Assembly (NCBI GenBank): GCA_902384455.1
Contig: CABMCB010000071.1
Location: 59,774-123,773, forward strand
Direction: 5' to 3'
DNA: 64,000 nt
Source: an uncultured archaeon
GTDB lineage: Archaea; Altiarchaeota; Altiarchaeia; IMC4; SCGC-AAA252-I15
In this document: positions 28,401 to 37,413 of the stretch, one piece after another
How positions within the stretch are numbered: the stretch's first letter is position 1
Layout of the letters: each line of letters begins with the position of its first letter
Program-made: the position numbers and the translations under genes
The notes under the pieces: generated by a model
The model's input: the letters and a program-made list of their open reading frames with translations, nothing else
What the model was told of the DNA's origin: nothing
The model's database searches: none

Positions 28401-29971
28401 TAAACGCATCGCCCGCAATACTACTTCTGACTGCGGGACTGCTCATACCGCTTCTTGCAGTCCTACGCCTAACTTCCACGCTAACAGCGCAAAAAGCCGT
28501 TGAAATAATAGCGGGAAACTCCGACGCAATATTCTACACAATAATACAGGCAACAGCATCCACAATAGGGGCATTAGCGTTAGGGATACCTGCCGCATAC
28601 CTGCTTGCCCGCCGCAGACTCCCGTTCCACAACGTAATCCGGGCGGCGACGCTCACGCCATTCGTAGTCCCAAGCATACTGGTCTCGCTCTCATTCGCGC
28701 TCTTCTTCGGAAACAACGGACTACTAAACCGTGCACTAATGAGCGCGTTAAACCTCACGTCCCCCCCTCTGCCGATACTGTACGGATTCTGGACCATAAT
28801 ACTCGCCCACACAGTCTACAACTTCCCGGCAGTCGCGCGATTCGTCTCAGACAGCTGGGAACGCGCAGACGCCTCAACGCAAGAAGCAGCGGAAACACTC
28901 GGAGCCAGCAAATGGACTATATTCAGAAAAATAACATTCCCCCACATCAAAGGAAGTCTACTATCAATAAGCGTCCTAGTCTTCACATACTGCGCACTAA
29001 GCTTCGCCATACCCCTAACACTCGGAGGCATAAAATACGGGACAATCGAAGTAGCCATATACCAGACAGTAACACGCGACCTAAACCCCGCAGCAGGAGC
29101 ACTACTAAGCCTACTACAGGCAGCATTCCTAATAGCATTCTCAACGCTAACCCTCTCCACGCAAAGAACACTAACATTCACAGGAAAAACAAACTACCGA
29201 GAAAAACTCCCACTCAAAATAAACCGCAACAACATATGGGTCATACCATACGCACTACTCATAACCCTAATAACACTCGGCCCCGCAGCATCAGTAATAG
29301 CATACTCACTCACAGCCAACAACGGCCAACCAACGCTCACATGGTACCAACAAATAATCGGACTAACACCCCAAAGCGCAATAGGCGCCGGCGGCCTCAT
29401 AGCAATAAGAAACACACTGCTCATAGGAATATCCGCGGCAACATTGGCTGTAATAGCCGGATTCAGTTTGGCCGTAGCCCGCAAAACACATCCTACTTTG
29501 GCTAGAACCATAACTTATGCGCCGGTCGCATTCTCCACAGTCACGTTAGGCTTGGGTTTCCTGCTCACATACCCCACAGGACGCTGGTGGACCATCGCAT
29601 TCGCCCACGCCGTAATAGCCCTACCATTCACAGCCCGCATACTCACCCACGCGCTCGAAAACCTGCCGCCAGCATACGCTGAAGCAGCCGAAACGCTGGG
29701 GGCAAACCGCAAGCTATTGGCGCGAAAAATAACGCTACCTCTTCTTACCCCCTCCGTAATAACAGCCGGAAGCTTCGCCTTCGCAGTATCCGCAGGAGAA
29801 CTCGCCGCAGTATCACTACTGTCCGACGGCGCATGGCCGACTATGCCAGTCTACATATACAGGTTTCTCGCCAGCCGCCAACCCCACGGCGCAGCAGCAA
29901 TGGGCGTAACACTCGCCCTTATTACCCTCGCGGCATTAATCGTCATAGAGAAAGCAGACAACAAAAAATGA
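28364..29971 (+). CDS. thiP: Thiamine ABC transporter permease (two fused membrane domains)
   Basis: 535 aa with about 12 TM helices and two ABC 'EAA' loops ('AAETLGASKWTIFRKITFP', 'AAETLGANRKLLARKITLP'). Confidence 0.75.
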   Translation: MACPMGRRSQSLINASPAILLLTAGLLIPLLAVLRLTSTLTAQKAVEIIAGNSDAIFYTIIQATASTIGALALGIPAAYLLARRRLPFHNVIRAATLTPFVVPSILVSLSFALFFGNNGLLNRALMSALNLTSPPLPILYGFWTIILAHTVYNFPAVARFVSDSWERADASTQEAAETLGASKWTIFRKITFPHIKGSLLSISVLVFTYCALSFAIPLTLGGIKYGTIEVAIYQTVTRDLNPAAGALLSLLQAAFLIAFSTLTLSTQRTLTFTGKTNYREKLPLKINRNNIWVIPYALLITLITLGPAASVIAYSLTANNGQPTLTWYQQIIGLTPQSAIGAGGLIAIRNTLLIGISAATLAVIAGFSLAVARKTHPTLARTITYAPVAFSTVTLGLGFLLTYPTGRWWTIAFAHAVIALPFTARILTHALENLPPAYAEAAETLGANRKLLARKITLPLLTPSVITAGSFAFAVSAGELAAVSLLSDGAWPTMPVYIYRFLASRQPHGAAAMGVTLALITLAALIVIEKADNKK

Positions 29972-30825
29972 ACCTAAAGCTGGAAAACACCACAGTCACA
30001 CTCGGCAACTGGACGCTCCCGCCCACAACAATCACAGAACCCTCCGGCACACTAACGACAATACTAGGCCCAAGCGGAAGCGGAAAAACAACAATACTAC
30101 GACTAATATCCGGACTAACAACTCCCGACGGAGGCCGCGTATTGTTCGACGGCTTAGACGTAACTGGCATTCCTGCTTCCAAGAGAAACGTCGGCTATGT
30201 CTTCCAGCAGAACGCTCTTTTCCCGCACATGACCGTCCTTGAGAACATAATGTTTGGAGCTCAAGCGCGAGGAATCAAAAACCCCAAAGAAACAGCGGAA
30301 AAACTGTTGCCTCTCGTGGAGCTTAAGGGATTTGAAGGCCGCGCAATAGACGGGTTATCCGGGGGGGAGCAGCAGCGCGTTTCCATAGCTCGTGCGCTTG
30401 CTTCTCGCCCGAAGATTCTTCTTTTGGACGAACCGTTGACTGGGTTGGCCGCCAACCTGAAGGAAACCCTCAAGTCCCTCATAAAAGACGTGCAACGACG
30501 ACTTAATCTGACGGCGGTATATGTGACTCACGACCAGGAGGAAGCATTCTACCTGTCAGACCGCATCTGCGTCTTTTCCCACCGCGGCGTGGAGCAGGAA
30601 GGCACGCCAGAAGACGTCTACCGGAACCCTAAAACAGAATTCGTCAAAAACTTCCTATCAAACCACGTTCTATCAGAAGCCGAAGTCAAAAAAGAAAAAA
30701 ATGAAAATTACGCGGAAGGAAAAATCAGGATGCCGCTCCCACAAAAATTCAAGGCAGGCGACCGAATACTCCTGTCTCTAAACAAAACAAACATCAAAAA
30801 GAAGGAAAAACAGGACAAAATTTAA
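29968..30825 (+). CDS. thiQ: Thiamine ABC transporter ATP-binding protein
   Basis: Walker A 'GPSGSGKTT', signature 'LSGGEQQRVSIARAL' and Walker B 'ILLLDEPLTG'. The start ATG overlaps the thiP stop (ATGA). Confidence 0.8.
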   Translation: MNLKLENTTVTLGNWTLPPTTITEPSGTLTTILGPSGSGKTTILRLISGLTTPDGGRVLFDGLDVTGIPASKRNVGYVFQQNALFPHMTVLENIMFGAQARGIKNPKETAEKLLPLVELKGFEGRAIDGLSGGEQQRVSIARALASRPKILLLDEPLTGLAANLKETLKSLIKDVQRRLNLTAVYVTHDQEEAFYLSDRICVFSHRGVEQEGTPEDVYRNPKTEFVKNFLSNHVLSEAEVKKEKNENYAEGKIRMPLPQKFKAGDRILLSLNKTNIKKKEKQDKI

Positions 30826-30870
30826 TTTTTCTGCTCAAAAAGTGGAGTAATATATACGAGAGGCACAACG

Positions 30871-31602
30871 ATGGTACAAACACAACCACCACAGGAACGA
30901 GGAAGTCCGGCCGTAGACGCCTTCAGAGGAGTCGAGCAAGTAATCGGAGAGGTGCGAGTCACTCGTGAACTTGTGCGGGAGGCAACGGAAGGGTCAGTCA
31001 AATTCTTCACCGACCTAGCCCAAGACGCGCAGATGCCCAAGCTCCTCAACCAAGCGAGAGCCGAAGAAGCCCACATACGATCCCTCAAGCGGAGAATGGG
31101 AATATCCGACAGGGAACTGCCCGACGTAAGGCCCGTCATCGAAATAGGCTTTTCCTCCCTCGACAAGATGCTCGAGCAGAGAATAGACGACCCGCGGGAA
31201 AGAGCCCAAGTCAGAGGCGAAATACGAAAATTACTCCGCGGAGTGCCCAACGCGCTCACAGTCACCCTCGACACAGACGGAGAAGCCATAACAGCCTCAT
31301 CAACATTCGACGCGACCCGACGGCGGCTGTTTAGAGGATACACCGGAAAAGACCGGGAAATATCCACACAACCAGACGAACTAACTACATTCGCCACAGA
31401 CCTCGCCCTCAAATACCCCCAACTCGCCCTCAAATACCCAGAACTGGGAGAACAGCTAGGCACAGCAACGACAACCCCCCTACTCGAAATAGGGCTCGCA
31501 TGCGGCCTAACCCAGCTAGGCGAGAACCTCCGAATCGCGCGAGAAACCATACAAAAAAGGTTCCCCACCATAGAGCCGCCCACACAAGGCGGACAACCGT
31601 AA
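30871..31602 (+). CDS. Hypothetical protein with a short internal repeat
   Basis: 243-aa Arg/Glu-rich ORF containing the repeat 'ALKYPQLALKYPELG'. No recognisable domain. Confidence 0.4.
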   Translation: MVQTQPPQERGSPAVDAFRGVEQVIGEVRVTRELVREATEGSVKFFTDLAQDAQMPKLLNQARAEEAHIRSLKRRMGISDRELPDVRPVIEIGFSSLDKMLEQRIDDPRERAQVRGEIRKLLRGVPNALTVTLDTDGEAITASSTFDATRRRLFRGYTGKDREISTQPDELTTFATDLALKYPQLALKYPELGEQLGTATTTPLLEIGLACGLTQLGENLRIARETIQKRFPTIEPPTQGGQP

Positions 31603-31762
31603 TAACAATGGAAAAAAACGACGACGTACGGAAGCTAATCAATGACATTGACGAGACGATAGCGTTAATCCAAAGCATTCAAAGACGCTACGGTCCAGGA
31701 ACCGCATAGTATTCCCCCCCCGGTTTCGTCGCATTGTCCCCCCGTACTATACATACGCCCAC

Positions 31763-32656
31763 CTAATTATCGAACACAGTCTCCTTACTCCTAGCTTTCT
31801 CTATCAGCTTTAGCCTCTCCACCGTGTCCATGTCTTCCACGAGCGAAGGGTAAGGCCCAGGTTCTATGTGAACTCCAGACTTGCTTCTGTACTCTTGCTT
31901 CACAAGAAGAGCCGTAAGAAGCCCCTCAAGCTCTGAAACTCCCACGCCTGCGCGCTCATACCTGCGCAGTATCGAATGCGCCTTAATCACTCCGCTTACG
32001 CCCTCGCTGAAAGAAACCCGGAATACCCTCTTAAGAAGCGCAGGCGTCATCTTCCAGGCGTTGCCCCTCAATCCCATAGTCCTGCGGGGATACACCGCGT
32101 CAAAAATGTCTCCAATCAACTCAATGTCAAGAGCACCAGGCTTAAACACAAGAAGATTACTATGGCAGAAATCCCGCACAACACCCTCCATTATGATGCG
32201 GTAACCCCTCTTATCAAACGACACAAGATCCGCATCAACAACCCCAATAACAAGCCCACAACCCAAAAAAGGGCCGACTGCATCCATATACGCCTTAATC
32301 TCATCCACCTTCGGCATGACGTCATAATAAATCAAAGCAAAAGGCGACTGTTCACCATACCTCCCAGACATGAAGTCGCATACACCCCGGATGTTTGAGC
32401 CCACAGAACCGTCAACATCAATAATCTCCGACCCAACAAGACCCCCATAAACCCTGCGCGGACCAGCAACCAAAACATCAGAAAAACAACCAGACTCCTC
32501 CAGAACCCTAATCAACTGCAAAATCAAAGGCCGACCCAAAAAAGAAACCTCCGCCCCCTTATACACTCCCTCAAGCGTGCCTTCGCCGTGAACCTTCTGC
32601 GTCTGACTGAAACGGGCGTTTGAGCCGGCAAGAACCACAACAGGAATATTACCCAT
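31763..32656 (-). CDS. Hypothetical enzyme, kinase/nucleotidyltransferase-like; adjacent to a CDP-alcohol phosphatidyltransferase gene
   Basis: N-terminus 'IPVVVLAGSNARFS' resembles nucleotidyltransferase folds, and 'CHSNLLVFKPGALDIELIGD' resembles a kinase catalytic-loop / DFG region. 297 aa. Confidence 0.4.
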   Translation of the reverse strand: MGNIPVVVLAGSNARFSQTQKVHGEGTLEGVYKGAEVSFLGRPLILQLIRVLEESGCFSDVLVAGPRRVYGGLVGSEIIDVDGSVGSNIRGVCDFMSGRYGEQSPFALIYYDVMPKVDEIKAYMDAVGPFLGCGLVIGVVDADLVSFDKRGYRIIMEGVVRDFCHSNLLVFKPGALDIELIGDIFDAVYPRRTMGLRGNAWKMTPALLKRVFRVSFSEGVSGVIKAHSILRRYERAGVGVSELEGLLTALLVKQEYRSKSGVHIEPGPYPSLVEDMDTVERLKLIEKARSKETVFDN

Positions 32657-32687
32657 ACGCTAAACTATTCCCCCCAACTTAGAAAAA

Positions 32688-33485
32688 CTACGTGCCAGCC
32701 CTACAAGAATTAGCAAAAGAAGAAACAGAAGCAACAGCCGCCAAACAACCCGCCGCAACAAAAAAACTATTGCCCACCTCCAAACCAAAACTTACCGCCC
32801 AAGCCGCAGCCACCAAAGCATCCACCCCAAAATCCAAAAACCTACCCCTCCTAGACGCAACACCCGCTGCCCGCGCAATCATACCATCCAAAGCGTCAAA
32901 TCCAAAATACAACAAAAAACAAGCCAACATCAAATCAAGCCTAAGATTCCAAAAACCCCAAACACCAGCCAAACCAAAAAAAGCGGCAACCAAAGTAACC
33001 CTATTAGGAGTAAAACCCAACCCGTAAACCCCCCTCAAAAAACTAGTAACCCCCTCCGGGAGAGGCCGCTTCAAAGAAGAAACCAAACCATACTGAAACC
33101 CGCCGGCAAAAACAATGTACGCAGCCAACAAAACAGGAACAAGACCCTCATAATCAAAAGCAGAGGCCGCCAACCCCACGGCAGTGAAACGCAAAATAAA
33201 CTGGCTCAGACGCACGCCCCTATCGCTCTCAGTATTTGTCGCACGCGCCAAAGCGCCATCCAAATAACTGGCCAACTCAAACAAAACAAAACACAAAATC
33301 GCTAAAGACGGGTTAGAACGAGCGTACAAAACCAAACCGCACGCAGGCAAAGCGCTCAACCACGTCAAATCCTCCGCAGTCAAGCCCCGGCGACTCAAAA
33401 TCCGCAGAAAAGGAGCAACCCACCCGTCAACAACCGCCCTCACACCCAAAACCCAACCCCAAAAAGAAGACACTTCTACCCTCAC
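32688..33485 (-). CDS. CDP-alcohol phosphatidyltransferase family membrane protein
   Basis: Signature 'DALDGMIARAAGVASRRGRFLDFGVDAL' (D-G-x2-A-R…G-x3-D-x3-D), plus a second degenerate copy 'YLDGALAR'. Six or more TM helices. Confidence 0.8.
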   Translation of the reverse strand: MRVEVSSFWGWVLGVRAVVDGWVAPFLRILSRRGLTAEDLTWLSALPACGLVLYARSNPSLAILCFVLFELASYLDGALARATNTESDRGVRLSQFILRFTAVGLAASAFDYEGLVPVLLAAYIVFAGGFQYGLVSSLKRPLPEGVTSFLRGVYGLGFTPNRVTLVAAFFGLAGVWGFWNLRLDLMLACFLLYFGFDALDGMIARAAGVASRRGRFLDFGVDALVAAAWAVSFGLEVGNSFFVAAGCLAAVASVSSFANSCRAGT

Positions 33486-33541
33486 CGCCGCAATAACGAT
33501 TTTTTATAGGCCCAACCCCCTTAAATAACTTCCACTCACCC

Positions 33542-33615
33542 GCCCGCGTGGGGTAGCTTGGATATCCTAGGAGCTTGCGGAGCTTCGGACCTGGGTTCGA
33601 ATCCCAGCGCGGGCA
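33542..33615 (+). tRNA. tRNA-Arg (anticodon GCG)
   Basis: Acceptor GCCCGCG/CGCGGGC plus A. Anticodon stem GGAGC/GCTTC with loop TTGCGGA. T-arm CTGGG-TTCGAAT-CCCAG. Confidence 0.8.
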
Positions 33616-33634
33616 ATGAACACTTTGTTCGTAG

Positions 33635-34471
33635 TTATTTTTGTGTGATTGATCTGAGTGTTGCGGCGTCGTTGGCTTCTTTTATGCAGTTCATTCTCGT
33701 GGTTTGGTTGTTTAGTTGGTCGCAGAATCCTGGGCGGGCGAGTCTCATTGCGGTGAGGGCGATGCATTTGTCTGCGTCTTCTGGTGGGAGTTTCTTGCAG
33801 AATTCTACGGTGCCTGTTTCCATGCTTAGTTTGAAGGCGACTTCGCTGGAGCAGGTTTTTTGAAGGTCTTGATTCGTTATTTTTTTGCAGGCGTTGTTGT
33901 CGCTGAAGGAGTATGCGACTGCTTGGCGGCAGTTGTTTGCTTTTTCCTCCGCGTCTATTTTTGCGCAGACGTCTGGGTCTTTGTACTTCAGAGCTGACTT
34001 CAGGAGGCACTCCGCCTTTTGGAAGTCGTCTTTCTCTCTTTCGCAGTAGGCTCCTTTGCCGTAGACTGCGTCATACAACTCTTTAGCTTTCTCTTGGGCG
34101 GCTTCTGCGGCTTCTATCCCGTAAATTAAGCCGACTTTCGCCATGCATGCTTTGTTCTGCGCGGAGTCGTTGAGTTCGTCGCAGACTGAGAAGTCTTTTT
34201 TGTTGGCTGCGACTATGGAAACGCAGGGTTCCCTGTTTTCAGGGTCCTTAAGGAGCGCGCAGGCAGCGGTAGAATTGGTCTGGGAGGCGACCGACTTGAG
34301 GCAGCTGTCTATCTTCTCCTGCGGTTGAGGCTGGTCGGCAAGGTTTTTCTCGCATAAGCTGGGGTCGTTTGCTTTGATTGCGTCGTTGACTGCTTCTTCT
34401 ACCGGTGACTTGTCGCAGCCGCAAGCTAATACAACTAAAGTTAGCGTTAAAGCAATTACTGCCGTTCGCAT
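33635..34471 (-). CDS. Cys-rich tandem-repeat lipoprotein, paralog of 25007..26167
   Basis: Lipobox 'LVVLACGC'. Repeated 'C-x(10-12)-C' units are built like the 25-26 kb protein (e.g. 'CAKIDAEEKANNCRQAVAYSF', 'CKKITNQDLQKTCSSEVAFKL'). Confidence 0.6.
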   Translation of the reverse strand: MRTAVIALTLTLVVLACGCDKSPVEEAVNDAIKANDPSLCEKNLADQPQPQEKIDSCLKSVASQTNSTAACALLKDPENREPCVSIVAANKKDFSVCDELNDSAQNKACMAKVGLIYGIEAAEAAQEKAKELYDAVYGKGAYCEREKDDFQKAECLLKSALKYKDPDVCAKIDAEEKANNCRQAVAYSFSDNNACKKITNQDLQKTCSSEVAFKLSMETGTVEFCKKLPPEDADKCIALTAMRLARPGFCDQLNNQTTRMNCIKEANDAATLRSITQK

Positions 34472-34581
34472 ACGTTAACCCTTACTCCTCAAGGATAAAT
34501 ACGCCATTTCACGCTCTATGTCTGAATGTGATTCTCTGTCCTTCCACGGTCTTATTCTAGCTGTTTTTGTTCGGTTTAGTC

Positions 34582-35013
34582 TTAGTTTCTGCGTGGTTTT
34601 TTCGTCCTGCGGTAGCAGCTCCACACCATTATCTTCTGGACTCTAAGTAGCAGTTCAGGGATGTTTATCGGCTTCGCCATGAAGTCGTCTGCGGTCAGCA
34701 TGCCCATCTTCTTAGTCATTTCGTAGTCGTACTTTGCCGTCACGTAGATTACCGGAACATCAGATGCTTCCGTCATTTTCAGCTTCGCCCGGAGGGCGAA
34801 TCCGTCCATGTCCGGAAGCGCAATGTCCAACAGAATCAGGTTCGGCTTCTTTTGCATAACGTATTTCAGGCATTCCGAGGCGTTTTTGACGCAGTCAACC
34901 GCGTATCCCCTGTCGTAGGACTCCATGCCACCCTTAACAGAAGAGAGAACCTCTTCGTCGTCGTCCACAATCAGAATCGTCGTCTTAACGGCCATTATTC
35001 CCCTCTCATTCAC
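34582..35013 (-). CDS. Orphan response regulator, CheY-like receiver domain only
   Basis: 'ILIVDDDEEV', phospho-acceptor 'LILLDIALPDMDGF' and 'VIYVTAKYD'. No output domain and no histidine kinase in the window. Confidence 0.8.
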   Translation of the reverse strand: MNERGIMAVKTTILIVDDDEEVLSSVKGGMESYDRGYAVDCVKNASECLKYVMQKKPNLILLDIALPDMDGFALRAKLKMTEASDVPVIYVTAKYDYEMTKKMGMLTADDFMAKPINIPELLLRVQKIMVWSCYRRTKKPRRN

Positions 35014-35021
35014 GTTAGGTG

Positions 35022-36560
35022 TTATCCCCTCCTTGCTAGTCCCCCCCTTGTCTGGGTTTTAGGAGGCTCAGTGAAGTCCGTAAGTAGTTGTTCCCTGTTG
35101 CCATATACGCCGAGTATGGCATCTTTCATGAACGCAGTGAATTGTTCGACTTCCATTTGGTACTGAGGATTTGCTTCGTCTACCGTGGTTATCTCGGATT
35201 CTTTCAATGCTGCTGCCTGGATTCTGGGGTCGTCGGTTACGCCGGGTATAGGCTCCCTGTGAAGGCTCCTTGAAACAATCAATTCGACGGTCGAATCCTC
35301 AGTGGACGTGCGCTGCGAACCGTATGCCAGTAGGCCGTTTCTGGCTCCTGCTGCTCCCACGAGGTTGTTGAACAGCACTTGGTCTCTTATGTCTTTGCTT
35401 TGCCAGATTGCAGCGTGGGGTTGCTCTGAGTCGCCTTCGTGAAAGTTGAATACGAGGCTGCCTTTTTCATGGGCGAGCGCGCTTGTGAAGTCTCTTGCCG
35501 GGGCTGCAGGATTATGTTGTTCCCATTCAGTGAACGAATGTCTGAGTCTTTTTGCGGTTTCGAAGGCTTCAGCTGCCATGCCTGAGTCAGCCCCTTCTGC
35601 GGTCATCTGATTCAGGACTACGTCCCGGACTCCGTCGCCGTAAGAAATCATTCCTCCGCCTGCTACGCGGGCTTTTCTGGCGGCGTCAAGCACTAAGGGG
35701 GCAAGGTGGTCGGGCACGTCAATGCCTACTCCTTCAGAATCCCTCCAAACCCTAAGGCGGCTTACGTAGTCGCTGGCTCCATACTCCATATGCTCCCTAA
35801 AATCAACCACCTCCAAAATTTCAGGGTCGGCCGCAAGCCTCCTCATGACTTCTATGGGGGTGGGCTCAGAACTGCGGTGTTCCCCCCATAATATCACGGG
35901 TTTCATTTCCAGCGCCTGCGCGGCCGTGTGCGCATTATCGAGGGTGCCTGTTGCGTCGTCTGCTTTGTGGGCGGCAAGGACTTCATTAAAGGGTCTGCCG
36001 TATCTTTGGCAGGCTTCTAGTGTGAACGATAGGTCGTCTATCATGTTTTTTCTGGGTGTTGCGCCGTCTTCTTCGAAGAAGAGTTTTCTTAAGGCGGCGG
36101 TTCTCTCGGGTTCTATTGTGTCGGGGTAATGTAGGTTGGCTACTGCGTAAAGCACGTCGTGCGCTTGCTGCCGTCCGGCTCCCAGCGCAGTTGCAAGCAT
36201 TTTTTCGGTGGCAACCGCTGGGGTGTCAGACCTCACTTCAGCCGGCAGCAATTCTAGTTCAGTTAAGCTGTGTTCCCTGTGGATTTCGACGAACCTGTCC
36301 GACTGAGTGAGGAATCCTGACCTCCTCAAATCGTCGCTTAAGCGCGCAGGCTGAGTTCGCGCCATCTTCAAAAAGTCTTCGCCTGCCTGCATCTTATCGC
36401 GGTCGTGACCTTCAAGCAGACCGCTTTTTTGTAGAACCCTGATTCTGCTGTTGGACGAGAAGACGTTGGTAACCAAGGAATCAACTTCCTCCGCGGTTAA
36501 ATGGCTGAGATACTCCGCCCGCGCCTCAGGCGCCTTGCCTCCCCGCTCAACTACAGCCAT
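35022..36560 (-). CDS. Hypothetical 512-aa protein (Ala/Asp/Glu-rich), probably co-transcribed with the receiver gene
   Basis: Long ORF with clear coding periodicity and no TM or known motifs. It ends 8 nt before the response regulator start. Confidence 0.5.
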   Translation of the reverse strand: MAVVERGGKAPEARAEYLSHLTAEEVDSLVTNVFSSNSRIRVLQKSGLLEGHDRDKMQAGEDFLKMARTQPARLSDDLRRSGFLTQSDRFVEIHREHSLTELELLPAEVRSDTPAVATEKMLATALGAGRQQAHDVLYAVANLHYPDTIEPERTAALRKLFFEEDGATPRKNMIDDLSFTLEACQRYGRPFNEVLAAHKADDATGTLDNAHTAAQALEMKPVILWGEHRSSEPTPIEVMRRLAADPEILEVVDFREHMEYGASDYVSRLRVWRDSEGVGIDVPDHLAPLVLDAARKARVAGGGMISYGDGVRDVVLNQMTAEGADSGMAAEAFETAKRLRHSFTEWEQHNPAAPARDFTSALAHEKGSLVFNFHEGDSEQPHAAIWQSKDIRDQVLFNNLVGAAGARNGLLAYGSQRTSTEDSTVELIVSRSLHREPIPGVTDDPRIQAAALKESEITTVDEANPQYQMEVEQFTAFMKDAILGVYGNREQLLTDFTEPPKTQTRGGLARRG

Positions 36561-36687
36561 AAAATCATCCTCCGTAGAATATCCCGTAAAATAAGTTTAA
36601 GACCTCTCCACGCAAAGCTCAAAGAGGTTTATCGTGGAGGATTTTTTTTTGTCGGGTTATAACGCCCGTTGAGCCTCCCGTATTTTA

Positions 36688-36918
36688 TTAGTCTCCTGGT
36701 CCGCCTCTGCCGCCGGGTCCGCCTCCGCCGAAGGGTATCAGTATGTTGCCTGCTCCTCTCCCCCCGCCGGTGTTGCCGCTGCCTGAGGATATTGCGTTCC
36801 CGGTATTTGTTGCGTCGTTGAGGCCTAAGTATGTAATTAGTAGGTAGCTTGCTGCAAGTAAGGCGAGTATTATTGCGGCGACTTCCAGATAATCCAGTTC
36901 AGTACCTAATATTTTCAT
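36688..36918 (-). CDS. Small Gly-rich protein with N-terminal hydrophobic segment; possible pilin-like signal
   Basis: 'MKILG|TELDYLEVAAIILALLAASYLLITYL' then a Gly-rich tail (GGGRGAGN…GGGGPGGRGGPGD). It is the last gene of the minus-strand surface/ABC module. Confidence 0.4.
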   Translation of the reverse strand: MKILGTELDYLEVAAIILALLAASYLLITYLGLNDATNTGNAISSGSGNTGGGRGAGNILIPFGGGGPGGRGGPGD

Positions 36919-36948
36919 GTTATTTTTCCCTACTGTTTCTTAGTTGGG

Positions 36949-37413
36949 TCAGTTAGGTTGTCCTGCGTTAGGTGGCTGGTCTTGCGGATTCATGTTTCCG
37001 TCTGGCCGAGGGGGTCGTCCTGTGAAGTTGCCGGGCCGTTGTCCTGTCCTGTTTATTGTGCAGGTTAGTTCTCCGGTTTGTTCTGTCTGGCATGTGCCGT
37101 TTCTGGTTCTGTTCCCGAACGTGACGTCGCATGTGTCGCCTGGGTTTTTGCCGGCGCAGAGTTTAATCAGTTCCTGAGTCATGTTTGCTCCGATTGGGCC
37201 ACCTGGGAATTGGTCGCGCGTGTAGTTCGATGAGTTTCCGCGGTGCATTGGGTAGGGCGGTTGTGGTCCTGCGTTAGGCTGCTGCGGGGGTTGCTGGTTG
37301 TCCTGCTGTATTTGCTGGTTATTCTGCTGTTGCTGGTTATCCTGCATGTCGGTTTGCCCCAAGCATCCTGAAACAATAAGGCATAATCCGATTAACATTA
37401 AAATCCTTTTCAT
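36949..37413 (-). CDS. Gln/Asn/Pro-rich lipoprotein
   Basis: Lipobox 'LIVSGC'. Poly-Q/N low-complexity region, then a Cys-containing domain (CAGKNPGDTCDVTFGNRTRNGTCQTEQTGELTC). Start overlaps the ABC ATPase stop. Confidence 0.5.
   Translation of the reverse strand: MKRILMLIGLCLIVSGCLGQTDMQDNQQQQNNQQIQQDNQQPPQQPNAGPQPPYPMHRGNSSNYTRDQFPGGPIGANMTQELIKLCAGKNPGDTCDVTFGNRTRNGTCQTEQTGELTCTINRTGQRPGNFTGRPPRPDGNMNPQDQPPNAGQPN

Noticed and set aside
28912-29505. 197-aa plus ORF and multiple minus ORFs inside thiP
   Set aside because: Shadow ORFs of a 12-TM permease gene; basic low-complexity translations.
31610-31709. 33-aa ORF (MEKNDDVRKLINDIDETIALIQSIQRRYGPGTA) downstream of 30871..31602
   Set aside because: It is too short and featureless to call with confidence, and has no RBS or promoter evidence. 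It might be a small protein but is unsupported.
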